A DNA stretch of 64,000 nucleotides from a virus (IMGVR_UViG_2595698618_000001:15136-79135), one strand, 5' to 3'. Numbered from the stretch's first letter, positions 1 to 10,515 are shown. Notes: generated by a model from the sequence alone, not told the origin. Made by a program: numbers and translations.

Positions 1-2
1 CG

Positions 3-683
3 CTACGTAATGAGTACCAACTCGTGAACGGTATTGCGGGAGCGATGCCGAATCAGACGAACGCTGACGATGAGCCGACGTTCGACACTACCAACTACAC
101 GGATGGTGTCGATAACGACAGCCAGTTCCTCTTTGCACCAGTTCGCCTCGACAACAGCCGGTATACGGCGCTTGGGTCGATTGGTGGGCTGTTCGGAGGA
201 GCGGCTATCAGCGAGCCGGTTTACAACGATACAATCAATACAGGCGGCAATTCGCTGACGCAGAAACTTACTCGGTCTGAGGCTCAGGACTTGCGTGATG
301 AGCAGGTTATTCCTGTTCGTGAGGCAGGTGCGATTCGTGTGAAGGGCAATCTTTCCACGAGTACGGACCAAGACTGGGAGCGTGACTTCTGGCGTCGTCG
401 TATTGTTGACCGCGTAATCCTTATCGCCAAGGAGGTTGGTGATGCTACGATTGGTCGTATTAATGACGACCAGACTCGGAACGCGGCTGAACGAACGATT
501 CGGACGGAACTTCAGGCACTCGCCAACGACCGTCTTATCAAGGCTAACACGGCTGACGAGACGAATTTCTTCGTGGACGTTTACGAGGATTCGACTAATT
601 CCGACGAGGTTAACATCGACATTGGTGTTACCCCGCAGGGTATCGTCAAGCGTGTTGACACCTCCGTTACAATCAACACATAA
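3..683 (+). CDS. Contractile tail sheath protein, C-terminal part (5' truncated by window)
   Basis: Frame open from base 3; sheath-like C-terminus (VRRIVDRVILIAK...NDDQTR...IRTELQAL...VDIGVTPQGIVKRV); precedes tube gene. Confidence 0.85.
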   Translation, partial: LRNEYQLVNGIAGAMPNQTNADDEPTFDTTNYTDGVDNDSQFLFAPVRLDNSRYTALGSIGGLFGGAAISEPVYNDTINTGGNSLTQKLTRSEAQDLRDEQVIPVREAGAIRVKGNLSTSTDQDWERDFWRRRIVDRVILIAKEVGDATIGRINDDQTRNAAERTIRTELQALANDRLIKANTADETNFFVDVYEDSTNSDEVNIDIGVTPQGIVKRVDTSVTINT

Positions 684-694
684 GGTGATTTAAT

Positions 695-1096
695 ATGGCA
701 AACAAAGAAGAAATTGGTAATGACGTAGACTTGTTCGTTGGTGGGAATCCTAACCCGTTCCCGATTACGAGCGGTTCGTATTCCGAGGAGCCGCAGACCT
801 CGAACGTCCAGTTTAACACGTCTCTTACACAGAGTATTGTGCAGACTGGTATCGAGTATTCCGGCTCGTTCGAGCATTCTGGTTCGAACAAGGAGTTGCG
901 TGACGCGATTTTCGGTGAGCAGAACAACCCTCAGTCGAGTGTTGTGAAGAAACTCGACCAACTCGTTTTCGAGGATTCGGAGCAGACGTATACCTTTAAG
1001 GGTGTCGTCATTGGCTCTCGGTCGAAGGACTTCCCTGCTGACGACCGGACTTCCGTTACCTACGACTTTACCGCCGAGGAACTCGTCGTAACGTAA
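695..1096 (+). CDS. Tail tube protein
   Basis: 133 aa, beta-rich, directly after the sheath; typical myovirus gene order. Confidence 0.75.
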   Translation: MANKEEIGNDVDLFVGGNPNPFPITSGSYSEEPQTSNVQFNTSLTQSIVQTGIEYSGSFEHSGSNKELRDAIFGEQNNPQSSVVKKLDQLVFEDSEQTYTFKGVVIGSRSKDFPADDRTSVTYDFTAEELVVT

Positions 1097-1261
1097 TCGC
1101 ATCGAGCGATAATTAACGGGTAGGTAGTCAACTACTCGTGTAACAACCCGAACGCTGGCTTTCCAGTTCTATTCTTCTCCCGCCCTCTTGGGAGAACCAG
1201 CCAGTACGGTTGAGTTATTGACTGTAACTGCTGTAACTACAGTAATTACAAATTTACAACT

Positions 1262-1708
1262 ATGAACCAAGATACTGCAATTGACTTTTACGAGCGCGTA
1301 ACGCAAGGAACCAAACAGAAGAAGACTATCTCTCTCGAACACGAGTCCGGTGCGACTCTTGAGGGTGTTGAGATGCATCCCGTGGACAAGCGTATGCTTG
1401 CTTCCGTTATTCAGCGTCTCCCTGACGAGATGTTTGATGCGGTTGACGAAGCGGAGGATGCTGATGCGGCTGAGGATGCGATTGACGAGTCTGAGGAACT
1501 CTCGATGGCGGCGGTGACGGAAGATACTGTCGAGGCTTTCGAGGACTTATGTAAAGCGTCCTTGAGCCATCCTGACCTTGCTCCGCCTCAGATGAACGAC
1601 ATTGTTGATAATCTCAATTTCGAGATGCTGTTCCGTGTTGGGACGGAAGTTATCGACATGTCGGTTGAGTCTGATGGGGCGGTTAAGGATTTTCACGAAC
1701 AGGATTAG
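1262..1708 (+). CDS. Tail assembly chaperone
   Basis: Acidic helical protein between tube and tape measure; slippery GGATTTT near 3' end. Confidence 0.75.
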   Translation: MNQDTAIDFYERVTQGTKQKKTISLEHESGATLEGVEMHPVDKRMLASVIQRLPDEMFDAVDEAEDADAAEDAIDESEELSMAAVTEDTVEAFEDLCKASLSHPDLAPPQMNDIVDNLNFEMLFRVGTEVIDMSVESDGAVKDFHEQD

Positions 1709-1716
1709 GGCAGGAG

Positions 1717-1923
1717 TTGTTCTATGCCTTAGAGCAGGGGCACTCCTTCTCTGTTGAAGAAAAGTACGTCGATGACTCCGGTGAGGTTCGGACGAGGAAG
1801 CGAGAAGCCTTTGCCGAGGAGTTGACTGAGGCGCAACTGAAGTTTATCTTCCACGGTAAGGAGCAGAGGAAGAAAATGCGACAAGAGAACTCGGGTATGA
1901 ATAAACCCGGTATGAATTTCTAA
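1717..1923 (+). CDS. Frameshift extension of the tail assembly chaperone (G-T type)
   Basis: In the -1 frame relative to 1262..1708, open from 1687; only a weak TTG start. Confidence 0.65.
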   Translation: MFYALEQGHSFSVEEKYVDDSGEVRTRKREAFAEELTEAQLKFIFHGKEQRKKMRQENSGMNKPGMNF

Positions 1924-1926
1924 ATT

Positions 1927-4878
1927 ATGGCTAAGAATCTTAGTGTCCTTATTGAAGGGGTCGAGACTGTCTCCCGTAAGATGGACGATATTGAGGATTC
2001 CGTTCAGGAAGTTAATCGTTCACTTCAGGGTATGTCAGCGGCCTTTAGCGAAGCGTCTGGCGCGTCTGCGGCTTTTGACGGAGCGGCACATAGTGCTTCT
2101 GAAGCGGCGGATGACGTTGCTCGAAATACGCGACAAGCCGCTCGCGGCATCGACAAAATGGGAGAAGATGCAGTTGATGCGGCGGCGCAACTCGGATTCC
2201 TGTCTACGGTGATGGATAGGACTTCGGTTAGTGCTGGTGCGCTTTCCGTTAACGTTGGTGCTTTCACGATTGCGCTTCGTCAACTTCACACGCAACTTCC
2301 CCTACTCCTGACAACCTTCGGTTCGCTTGGAGCCGTGGCTGGTGGTTTGACTGCCGCTATTGTTGCACTTACAGGAGCGATGGCTGGCCTTTTAGCGGGA
2401 GGTGCTATCGCTTGGTCTAACCAACTCCAAGAGAATTTCGCCGGGATTACGAGTCACGCTGAGGCGATGGAAGCCATTATGGGTGGCTTTGGCGACTTGA
2501 TGGAAGAAGTATTCGCACCAGTATCGGGAGCGGAGAATATCGAACTCTTAATTAATACCATCGAGCGGTTTGCCGAATTAGCGAACCGTTCACTTCAGGC
2601 GATTGATGCGATGCGTGATTCGTTCGTCGCTTTCTTCGAGCCTATTAATATGGCGATTGATTCTAATTTCAACCGTCTTGCTGGTTCGATGCAGGCGTTG
2701 TTCGACTTTACGCCCGGTGGTGAAATTGAGACTGCTGGTGAGGCATTACAGCGATTAGTGCTGTTTGCAATTAATCGCTTGCCTGATATGATTGACTTCT
2801 TCAGCGAGATTACGGCTAAACTCTCTGGACCGCTCTCTGGTCTAATGAAGTCGTTCTTGGCACTAACTCGTGCCCTCGTGCGATTCGCAGAGAGTGCCGC
2901 TGAAGGTGTCTTGCCTATCATCGAAGCACTCGTTAATTCCCTTACTGGATTCTTCCAAGTAATTAACGAACTCGATGCTGGCTTTATCGCAAGTGCGGCA
3001 CAGGCTCTCGTCCTCGTAGGAGTTGGCTTTAAGTTGCTCGGTGTATTCGACAGTCTTCTCGACGTTGTTGGTGCATTCGGTGGCCTCGTAGATGACGTTA
3101 TTCTTAAGTCCTCGTCTCTTGGTAATGCAATGCTACGTCTCTCTGTTAAGGGTGAGGGCTTCTTCGAGGATAGATTCCACGGGCTGACGAGATTCGGTAA
3201 CGCGCTCTTGTCGCAGATTCCAATTCTTAATGCATATGGTGAGAGCCTCGAAGATGCGATGGACCCTGATGCGGATATGGACTTCGCTGATGCTGTCAAT
3301 ATGCATAAGCAGGCGATGGCTGGTTCTCTCCCGACCCTTGACGATTTCCGTGAGAAAATTCGAGGATTGAGGGGAGGTAGCGAACTCGGTGAAATGCTTG
3401 GCGAAGGCGCTGAGTTTGACCCATCGCTACGCGGCAGTAAGATGCGTAGTCCAGCGGGTACGTCTATGCCGATGCCTGATATTTTGTCAGGCGGTGGCCC
3501 GAGCATCCGAGAACGTCTTTCTGGCGCTCGTGAAAGTATGCGGCAGTTTGGAAAGACTGCTATTCAATCTGGTAAGAGTTTCGCAATGGGCTTTGGACAG
3601 TTTGCAAAGGGTGGGATTGTAACATTCCACTCTGCGCTTGCTGGTATGCTCCATCCGGCTCTGTTTAAGACTGAAGGCTTTACGAGCATTGTTCGAGGTG
3701 GTATTGATGATATGGCCGCTGGTTTGCGGCAGATGGGTCTTGGAATTATTCCTCAAGTTGTTGGTAACATTTGGGGAATGATTACGAGTCTCTGGACTTC
3801 CGTGACTGCGTTCGTCGCTAACGAGATTGCGGCCATCAAGTTGGCTTTCGCACAGAAGGGTGTGATGGCTGGCTTTATGCAGATGGCGGCTTCCGCTTGG
3901 GCGGCAGTCACAGGACTTGTTGCTTCTGCGGCGAGTATGATAGTTGCCGCAGTTTCGGCTATTAGCCTTAACGCCGCACTCGGTGGACTTCCACTCTTAC
4001 TCGGTGCTATTGTTACTGGCGCGGCTCTACTTGTTGGAGCAATCGGTAATATGGATGGCATCGTTGGAGGTGCGAAATCCTCGTTCGAAGGCTTGAAGAA
4101 CTTTGCCATTGCACTTGGTCAGGCGCTCTTGAACTTCCTCGTCCCATACTTCAACGTACTCGTGGACGTGTTTGAAATGCTGATGGCTCCTGTTTTCGCA
4201 ATCAGCGACGGACTTCGGTTAGTCATTGATACGGTTCTTGAAGCCGCTGGTGCTGGTGGTGACGGCGCTTCGATGATGCAGAAGTTTGCAAACGTAATGT
4301 CGTTCCTTGGTGAAGTGGTGTCCTTCTTGAGTCCTGTGTTTACGGTACTCGGGGACATTCTTTACGAAGCGTTTATCATTCCGTTCAAGATTATTGCAAC
4401 GGTTCTTGGCGTAGTTATTGGACTCGTGGCTGACTTGATTGGTTGGCTTGCGAAGATGGCTACGGAAACTGGCTTCGTTGATGCATTGCTCTCTGCATTC
4501 GACATTCTGATGCGAGGGCTGGACGCGGCGATTCAACTATTCGTTGACCTCGTGAACGGAGCAATCAACGCCGCTAACCAGATTCCCGGTGTTAACATTG
4601 GGAAGATTGGTCAAGGCGGTGGTGGCGCTGGTGGTCGATTCGAAGACTTGAAGACTACCAAGGCTGAAGTTGAGGAGAACCTTGAACGTGACTCGCAGGA
4701 GAATCAGAATCAAACTGCTGACACGACTCCTGCTCAGTTCAACTTCGAGGAGAACGTTGAGAATAACACGACAGTTAACGCTCGTCCTGAAGATAACCAG
4801 CGTATCAAGCAGATGGTTAAAGATGCGATGGAGGAGGCTAACACCTTCCGTCGTAAGAAGGACGCTTACAGCGGGTGA
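1927..4878 (+). CDS. Tail tape measure protein
   Basis: 983 aa, Ala/Gly-rich amphipathic helices, position after the chaperones. Confidence 0.9.
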   Translation: MAKNLSVLIEGVETVSRKMDDIEDSVQEVNRSLQGMSAAFSEASGASAAFDGAAHSASEAADDVARNTRQAARGIDKMGEDAVDAAAQLGFLSTVMDRTSVSAGALSVNVGAFTIALRQLHTQLPLLLTTFGSLGAVAGGLTAAIVALTGAMAGLLAGGAIAWSNQLQENFAGITSHAEAMEAIMGGFGDLMEEVFAPVSGAENIELLINTIERFAELANRSLQAIDAMRDSFVAFFEPINMAIDSNFNRLAGSMQALFDFTPGGEIETAGEALQRLVLFAINRLPDMIDFFSEITAKLSGPLSGLMKSFLALTRALVRFAESAAEGVLPIIEALVNSLTGFFQVINELDAGFIASAAQALVLVGVGFKLLGVFDSLLDVVGAFGGLVDDVILKSSSLGNAMLRLSVKGEGFFEDRFHGLTRFGNALLSQIPILNAYGESLEDAMDPDADMDFADAVNMHKQAMAGSLPTLDDFREKIRGLRGGSELGEMLGEGAEFDPSLRGSKMRSPAGTSMPMPDILSGGGPSIRERLSGARESMRQFGKTAIQSGKSFAMGFGQFAKGGIVTFHSALAGMLHPALFKTEGFTSIVRGGIDDMAAGLRQMGLGIIPQVVGNIWGMITSLWTSVTAFVANEIAAIKLAFAQKGVMAGFMQMAASAWAAVTGLVASAASMIVAAVSAISLNAALGGLPLLLGAIVTGAALLVGAIGNMDGIVGGAKSSFEGLKNFAIALGQALLNFLVPYFNVLVDVFEMLMAPVFAISDGLRLVIDTVLEAAGAGGDGASMMQKFANVMSFLGEVVSFLSPVFTVLGDILYEAFIIPFKIIATVLGVVIGLVADLIGWLAKMATETGFVDALLSAFDILMRGLDAAIQLFVDLVNGAINAANQIPGVNIGKIGQGGGGAGGRFEDLKTTKAEVEENLERDSQENQNQTADTTPAQFNFEENVENNTTVNARPEDNQRIKQMVKDAMEEANTFRRKKDAYSG

Positions 4879-4885
4879 TTAAATT

Positions 4886-5515
4886 ATGGCATTAGATTCT
4901 GACGGAACACTATATGACGACCGTGACCCTGTGACGCTTTCAGGGCTTCGTGAAGACCAGATGGCGGTGACGCCGAAAGACTTAAGAGAGGCTGGCTCTA
5001 ATGTAGATATAGCCGCCAGCGCAGAAGACTTGCAGGCTGAAAACAGTATTGGACTTACGCCTACGGAGAACATTGAGCGTCTCCAAGCATTAGGCTGGTA
5101 TACTGCTGAAGAAGCCGAGCGTCGAAAGAAGCAACTTCGTGCGAACATCGAAGAAGCGGAGCAACAAGAGCCAAAGGGCCTTGTCTCTGTGGAGATGGTT
5201 TATAATCAGCCGAATATTTCGGTGTCTTCGTCTGGACGCTTCAAAGAGCATCAGACTATTGATGGTCCTATTGTGCGTCAAAAGATTGGTGAAGGTAACG
5301 TTGAAATCGAAATTGAAGGTGTATGCACTACACCAGAGGCGAAGGTTATTGACACACTCCGATTCGAGGGCACGATTACTGTCTTGAGTGATAGGTACAG
5401 CGGTGAGGTGCAGATTGCCTCTACTTCAACGAGTCCTCTCGAAGACGGTGGTGCGATGAATCTCGACGGGCAGTTTACACATACATTTGGAATTTCCTGT
5501 GTTGAGGTAGAATAA
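4886..5515 (+). CDS. Tail/baseplate initiator (GpU-like) protein
   Basis: Synteny after the tape measure; beta-rich C-terminal domain. Confidence 0.5.
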   Translation: MALDSDGTLYDDRDPVTLSGLREDQMAVTPKDLREAGSNVDIAASAEDLQAENSIGLTPTENIERLQALGWYTAEEAERRKKQLRANIEEAEQQEPKGLVSVEMVYNQPNISVSSSGRFKEHQTIDGPIVRQKIGEGNVEIEIEGVCTTPEAKVIDTLRFEGTITVLSDRYSGEVQIASTSTSPLEDGGAMNLDGQFTHTFGISCVEVE

Positions 5516-6765
5516 TGGTTGTGTACGACCAAGAACTTCACGTAGAAGTTGACATTGGTGGGAACAAGTGGAAGCCTATTGATGGGAACGTTACTCGTTC
5601 TCGGTATAATGAGGCGGATACGGTTCAGATGATGGCTGTTCCTGACCCTGATGAGAATCCTGATGCTGTTCCTGTTGAGGAGCAGGAGATTACAGTACGG
5701 CTTGGTCCTCGGTCGAGTGTGACGACAGACGGAGAGCGTGACTTCGTTAATGATGATTTACTGGTGACTGTTTTCACGGGTTATGTTACCAACGTCTTCG
5801 ACTTTGGTGATGGCTCGTGGGAGATTGAAGCAGTCAACTATATGTTGGATTTAAAGACTACTAACGTTTATGTATCTGTTGATACGTACATTTCTACGTC
5901 TAATCTTGTAGAAGAAGTCGTGAAAGACGTTAACCTATTTGCAGGAATTGACCTTGATTACAATATTGACTTGTCTCCGACTTTCCCCGGTCCCTATGGT
6001 TACTCTCGATGGAGTGCTACTGGTCAACAGCCTGAAGCGACTGACGAGTTAATTTCACGAGAGTATACTGGTGTTAAAGCGGCGAAGGTTCTGGATGAAC
6101 TTTCAGAAGCCGCGAATGCAATTTGGTGGATTGATGCTAACAATACACTACAATTCGGACCAACGAATACAGCCGCTCACAAACTTTCGTGGGTGACTGA
6201 AACAAGTGCTGGAAAGCAGACGCCTCCGTATAAGAGTGTTAAGGTTGTTGGAGACAATATTGTATCGACTGAGGGGTGGGCGCGTAGTCAGATGCTTTCT
6301 GAAGCGACGGGCCTCTCACAAGGTCAGTTACAGCGTCTTGGTGCGGAAGATGAGGAAATTGGTGCTGGTGGTCTTGTGCCACCTACGTTTACGTATCGTA
6401 ATGAGTCGATTAAGACTCAGGCTGAGGCTGAACAGATTCGTAATCGGATTTTGGACGAACTTCAGCAACAGCAGGCTGGTGGTCACGTTACTATTGTTGG
6501 TCGTCCGATGATTGACATTCTTGACGTGATTGAGATGCCCGATTCGTTTGGGCGTACTTCTACTTCTCCCGATGAGGAGTCGGAGTTCATAGAACCGGCG
6601 CAATACATCGTACAGAAGGTTGAGCATCGTTTGAGTGGTCAGGATGGTTACGTCACAAGAATCGAATGTGGCGGCCTTGCAGAGCGTTACAGCGGCCCCG
6701 TATACGAGTATGATGAAAACGGGAATCTTATCCTGTCCACAGAAGAAGGAAACGAGGATGAATAA
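5515..6765 (+). CDS. Baseplate hub protein (GpD/late control D-like)
   Basis: VLDELSEAANAIWWIDANNTLQFG and C-terminal YIVQKVEHRL...GYVTRIE are hub-like motifs. Confidence 0.75.
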   Translation: MVVYDQELHVEVDIGGNKWKPIDGNVTRSRYNEADTVQMMAVPDPDENPDAVPVEEQEITVRLGPRSSVTTDGERDFVNDDLLVTVFTGYVTNVFDFGDGSWEIEAVNYMLDLKTTNVYVSVDTYISTSNLVEEVVKDVNLFAGIDLDYNIDLSPTFPGPYGYSRWSATGQQPEATDELISREYTGVKAAKVLDELSEAANAIWWIDANNTLQFGPTNTAAHKLSWVTETSAGKQTPPYKSVKVVGDNIVSTEGWARSQMLSEATGLSQGQLQRLGAEDEEIGAGGLVPPTFTYRNESIKTQAEAEQIRNRILDELQQQQAGGHVTIVGRPMIDILDVIEMPDSFGRTSTSPDEESEFIEPAQYIVQKVEHRLSGQDGYVTRIECGGLAERYSGPVYEYDENGNLILSTEEGNEDE

Positions 6766-6767
6766 TT

Positions 6768-7430
6768 ATGCCACAGTTTGAGCGAACAGAATCGAGTTAC
6801 TTGGAGCAACGAATCCGCGACCAGATTCGCCTTCCGCAAGTTGGTGAAATTGTTAAGGTACGCGAGCATACTACAACAGACGATGACAATAACTTCGAAT
6901 GCGACGTTCTTCTCCGAGGAGAGGAACAGCAACGTCGAGGCGCTCTTGTTGCAACGCCCGGACGAGACTCGATGCATATCCCATCGGTGGGCGACATTGT
7001 TCTCGTAAACTTTATCGACGGAACAGGCGAGGCTCCAGTAATTACAAACGTTCTCTATACTAATGAAAAACGCCCTCCTCTCGCACAAGAAGGGATGGTT
7101 CGTCAGCGCAAGGGTAATCTTTATTACGAGGCACATCCTGATGGTGATTGGATGCGTATCTCGCAGAAGTCCAATGACGACGATTCTGGAAGCGCGGCTA
7201 ACGCGAGAATCGAGATTGATGACTCTGGTGCAAACCCTGTCGTAAATATTGAGACGAATGGTGCGGATATTAATATTAATGTTTCTGGTGGTCAGGTGAA
7301 ACTTGGCGACCCTAATGGAACGTTTGCTGAGGTTGCTCGTAAGGGTGATGCGGTTGAGGTTGACGACCCTGATTCGGGGACTATCACAGGAACAATCACC
7401 GAAGGTAGTAGTGACGTACAATCATCATAA
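6768..7430 (+). CDS. Baseplate central spike (GpV/Gp5 OB-fold, PAAR-like tip)
   Basis: IPSVGDIVLVNFIDG..EAPVITNVLY; C-terminal VARKGD.V....GTITEGSS. Confidence 0.8.
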   Translation: MPQFERTESSYLEQRIRDQIRLPQVGEIVKVREHTTTDDDNNFECDVLLRGEEQQRRGALVATPGRDSMHIPSVGDIVLVNFIDGTGEAPVITNVLYTNEKRPPLAQEGMVRQRKGNLYYEAHPDGDWMRISQKSNDDDSGSAANARIEIDDSGANPVVNIETNGADININVSGGQVKLGDPNGTFAEVARKGDAVEVDDPDSGTITGTITEGSSDVQSS

Positions 7431-7513
7431 CCGAAAGACTTATAAACATGGAGTACGATAATACAGTAAGGTGTGATAGGAGTGACGCCCTATTCACGGG
7501 AGGATTATAATAT

Positions 7514-7891
7514 ATGGCTCACTATGGTAGTGGTCCGACCCTCGATAAAGATTGGGACTTCACAGTAGATAATACTGGTGATATTGAATGTACCAATCAA
7601 CTTGGGTTTGAGACTGCTGAATTAGAGAAAGACTTAGCGTTTGCTATTGCCCGTCGCCTCGAACTCGAATTGGGTAAGCGTACTACTCCTTCGCAACAGG
7701 CGACGGTTAAATCGCTTGCCCGAGAAGTGATTTTACGTGACCCGCGTATTTCCCGAGTCATTGATTTAGACCTTGAGCAACTTAATTTAGTTCAAGATGA
7801 TGGCTCTACTTTTGTGGACGGGTATGAGATTACAGCAAATCTTGTAGCGGCAGATGATTCAATTGACCAACCTTTAATTATTGAAGTATGA
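7514..7891 (+). CDS. Baseplate wedge protein (gp25-like)
   Basis: 125 aa, ILRDPRISRVIDL motif, precedes the J-like gene. Confidence 0.7.
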   Translation: MAHYGSGPTLDKDWDFTVDNTGDIECTNQLGFETAELEKDLAFAIARRLELELGKRTTPSQQATVKSLAREVILRDPRISRVIDLDLEQLNLVQDDGSTFVDGYEITANLVAADDSIDQPLIIEV

Positions 7892-9297
7892 CAGCACACG
7901 ACCCACGAACTTCTGAGGAAATTTATGAGGAGTTGAAAACTCGACTCCAAAATAAGATTCCAAAGTTAACAAACTTCGTTAAGTCGTCGTTTAACTACGT
8001 TTTCACGAACGCTTTTGCCTCTGAACAGCACGAGGCTGAAGTCGCGGCAACCGCAGTCCAACTTTCAGGATGGGCGGATTATGCCGGGAAACAGTTAACG
8101 GCTGACGATTTGGATACACTTGGAATTGATGGAGCAACGGCTGAAGAAATTAACCAATTCGTTTCGGATTCACATCTGGATGAGTTCGCAAAGGCGTTTG
8201 GTGTCTCTCGTGACCCCGGCGCTCGTGCAGTTGGCGACTTAGAAATTACGACAAATTCCGCTGTAACAATTCCAGCAGGCACAACGTTTGGTACTCAGCC
8301 TGATGCAACTGGTGACTACATTGCGTTTGAACTTGTAGACGATGTTACAGCAAACAGCGCAACTACTATTACAGCAGAGATTCAGGCTGTTGAAATTGGC
8401 GAGCAGGGGAACGTTGGTTCTGGTACGATTACGTATCTCCCGAGTCCTCCTGCTGGAGTCTCCAGCGTTACAAATCCTCAGCCTACTTCTGGTGGTGCTG
8501 ATGAGCAGAGTAACGACAGTCTTCGAGTAGACGTTAAAAACGCAGTCGTTGAATCTGCGGAAGGCGGGACGACTGCTGGCCTTGAAGCATATATTGAGAA
8601 TAACTCTGGCGCGACTTCCGCGCTTGTCCAAGAGAAGTTCACGGGTGATGCTGAACACGGTTCGTACCCACACGGTGACGTTATTGTGTACGGAGGAACG
8701 GACCAAGATGTGCAGGATGCGATTGATTTTGCTCATCCGAGCGGTGTCGAACACTTTCTTGTTCGGCCTGATATTATTGAAGTTGGTGTCACGGCTGAGG
8801 CTGAAGGTACAGACATTGACACGACGGAAATCGAGCAACAAGTTACGGACTTCTTTAACGAACTCGACTTGGGTGGAGACGTGTATCGGGATAAGTTGAT
8901 TCAGATTGTTATGAATGCTGACCCTGACATTGATAATCTCGCGTCTCTCGAAATTGAGGTTCAGAATGAAGACCATACTTTCTCGACGGGTACTGACGTG
9001 TATCAGTTGGATAAGGGTATGGAGTCTGATGATGAAGACGACGAAGGTATCACGGAAGTTACTGGTACGCTTTCTGGTACTCCTGACCATACGTTCGTTG
9101 AGGATACGGATTACCAAGAGTGGAACTCGGTGGCTGGTGACACCAGCGAGCCTCACGACTCTATTGACTGGAGCCTTGCTGGAGATGACCCTGATGACGG
9201 AACCGACTTCTACGTGGATTATATTGTCGCAGAAGACATTACAATTGCCACGACAGAAGTTGCTCAACTTAACAACGTAACTGTGACGGTGGTGTAA
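7888..9297 (+). CDS. Baseplate J-like wedge protein
   Basis: LDEFAKAFGVSR..GARAVG; IPAGT; A.EIGEQGNV; SGGADEQSNDSLR are baseplate-J motifs. Confidence 0.9.
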   Translation: MTAHDPRTSEEIYEELKTRLQNKIPKLTNFVKSSFNYVFTNAFASEQHEAEVAATAVQLSGWADYAGKQLTADDLDTLGIDGATAEEINQFVSDSHLDEFAKAFGVSRDPGARAVGDLEITTNSAVTIPAGTTFGTQPDATGDYIAFELVDDVTANSATTITAEIQAVEIGEQGNVGSGTITYLPSPPAGVSSVTNPQPTSGGADEQSNDSLRVDVKNAVVESAEGGTTAGLEAYIENNSGATSALVQEKFTGDAEHGSYPHGDVIVYGGTDQDVQDAIDFAHPSGVEHFLVRPDIIEVGVTAEAEGTDIDTTEIEQQVTDFFNELDLGGDVYRDKLIQIVMNADPDIDNLASLEIEVQNEDHTFSTGTDVYQLDKGMESDDEDDEGITEVTGTLSGTPDHTFVEDTDYQEWNSVAGDTSEPHDSIDWSLAGDDPDDGTDFYVDYIVAEDITIATTEVAQLNNVTVTVV

Positions 9298-10464
9298 ATG
9301 GTTGACTTATCTCGAATTATTGATAAGTTTCCTGAGATTATTCCTCGGGAGAGTAATAGCACTATTGCTCGTTACATCGAGGCGTTTCAGGAAGATACCG
9401 ATGGTCTTGCTGATGACTTAGACGATATTAGAGATAGTCGTTTCATCGACCAAGCAACGGGTGCTGACTTAGACCGTATTGGTCGAATGTATGGTCCTCT
9501 TGGTAGCCGTGCTGGACGAGATGACCAAGAATATCGAACATACCTAAAGTCTCTTGTTCCAGTATTCCAGTACCGAGGTACAGTTCCCGGTATCAGAGCG
9601 GCTGTTGCGGCAGGGCTTGGTATTGAAGATGGTATTAATGGTGGCGGTCCTGCTGACTTAGAAGTTTACGAACACTATAATGACGACCCTGCTAATCAAG
9701 AAGAATATCTTGAATATACCATCATTCTTGACGAGTGGACACCCCACCGAGGTTCTACTATCGAGAATCTTGCGGAATTGTCAGACGCTTCTGTGTCGAG
9801 GTTGCGTAAGACGACTTACAACTTGCCTGAAGAAGAAGCAGGTGTTACTGATGCAGTTAATGTAACTGAAGGTCAAGTTATTACTGATGCGATGAGTGCA
9901 TCTGATGCGAGTTTCGTCAATCCTAATTTGACGACTGTGCCAGATGCCGCGTCTGTTGATGAGCAGGTTTTCGTCAATCCTAATTTGACGACGGTTGCCG
10001 ACGAGTCTGCGGCGTCGGAGGATGTTGTTAAGACTGAGCGTGATGCTGGTAAGGCTCGTTGGGACCAACAGCGTGTGGACTGGGACTTCTTCGAGTGGGC
10101 TGTTATTGAAGAACTTCTACGTACTCACGCTGAGGATGTATCGGTTGATGAGCAGGTTTTCGTCAATCCTAATTTGACGACGGTTGCGGGAGGTACTGGT
10201 GGTAGTTCTGATTCGGTTGCTACTAATCCAAACCTCACGACAACTTCTGACTCTGCATTTGCGGATGATGCGAATGCGGTTGACCCGAACCTTACGACGG
10301 TTGGGGATGATGCGAGTGCTGATGACGCTACAGCCGTTAATCCGAATACTACAACTGTAGCCGAGGATTCGACTGTCACGGAGAATGTCACGACTACGAC
10401 GACTCAAGTGGCGTGGGATTCCGGCAGTTGGGACTCGATGAATTGGGCTGTAGAACACAACTGA
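9298..10464 (+). CDS. Baseplate wedge/tail protein (GpI-like) with ~20-aa (V/T)NPNLTTV repeats
   Basis: ATGADLDRIGRMYG...RDDQEYRTYL; C-terminal half is repetitive. Confidence 0.75.
   Translation: MVDLSRIIDKFPEIIPRESNSTIARYIEAFQEDTDGLADDLDDIRDSRFIDQATGADLDRIGRMYGPLGSRAGRDDQEYRTYLKSLVPVFQYRGTVPGIRAAVAAGLGIEDGINGGGPADLEVYEHYNDDPANQEEYLEYTIILDEWTPHRGSTIENLAELSDASVSRLRKTTYNLPEEEAGVTDAVNVTEGQVITDAMSASDASFVNPNLTTVPDAASVDEQVFVNPNLTTVADESAASEDVVKTERDAGKARWDQQRVDWDFFEWAVIEELLRTHAEDVSVDEQVFVNPNLTTVAGGTGGSSDSVATNPNLTTTSDSAFADDANAVDPNLTTVGDDASADDATAVNPNTTTVAEDSTVTENVTTTTTQVAWDSGSWDSMNWAVEHN
9912..10350 (+). repeat. Imperfect coding repeats (NPNLTT units) with an exact ~39-nt duplication
   Basis: TGAGCAGGTTTTCGTCAATCCTAATTTGACGACGGTTGC occurs at ~9960 and ~10149. 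Confidence 0.85.
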
Positions 10465-10466
10465 AT

Positions 10467-10490
10467 CGAAACACTTAAGTAGTAGGACTA
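10467..10490 (+). promoter_or_regulatory. Representative viral BRE-TATA promoter (CGAAA-nn-YTTAAGTAGTAGG); dozens of copies window-wide
   Basis: e.g. 7433, 10467, 12189, 15065, 18228, 39600, 42333 (+); 30757, 31313, 33645, 34645, 37265, 38310, 52590, 54895, 60735 (-); each upstream of a gene or RNA. Confidence 0.85.
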
Positions 10491-10515
10491 CTTATAATCA
10501 AAGGAGAACTTAATT

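Noticed and set aside
9912-10350. CRISPR or DGR template/variable repeats
   Set aside because: The repeats are in-frame coding units, with no spacers, no adenine-specific mismatches and no reverse transcriptase in the window.
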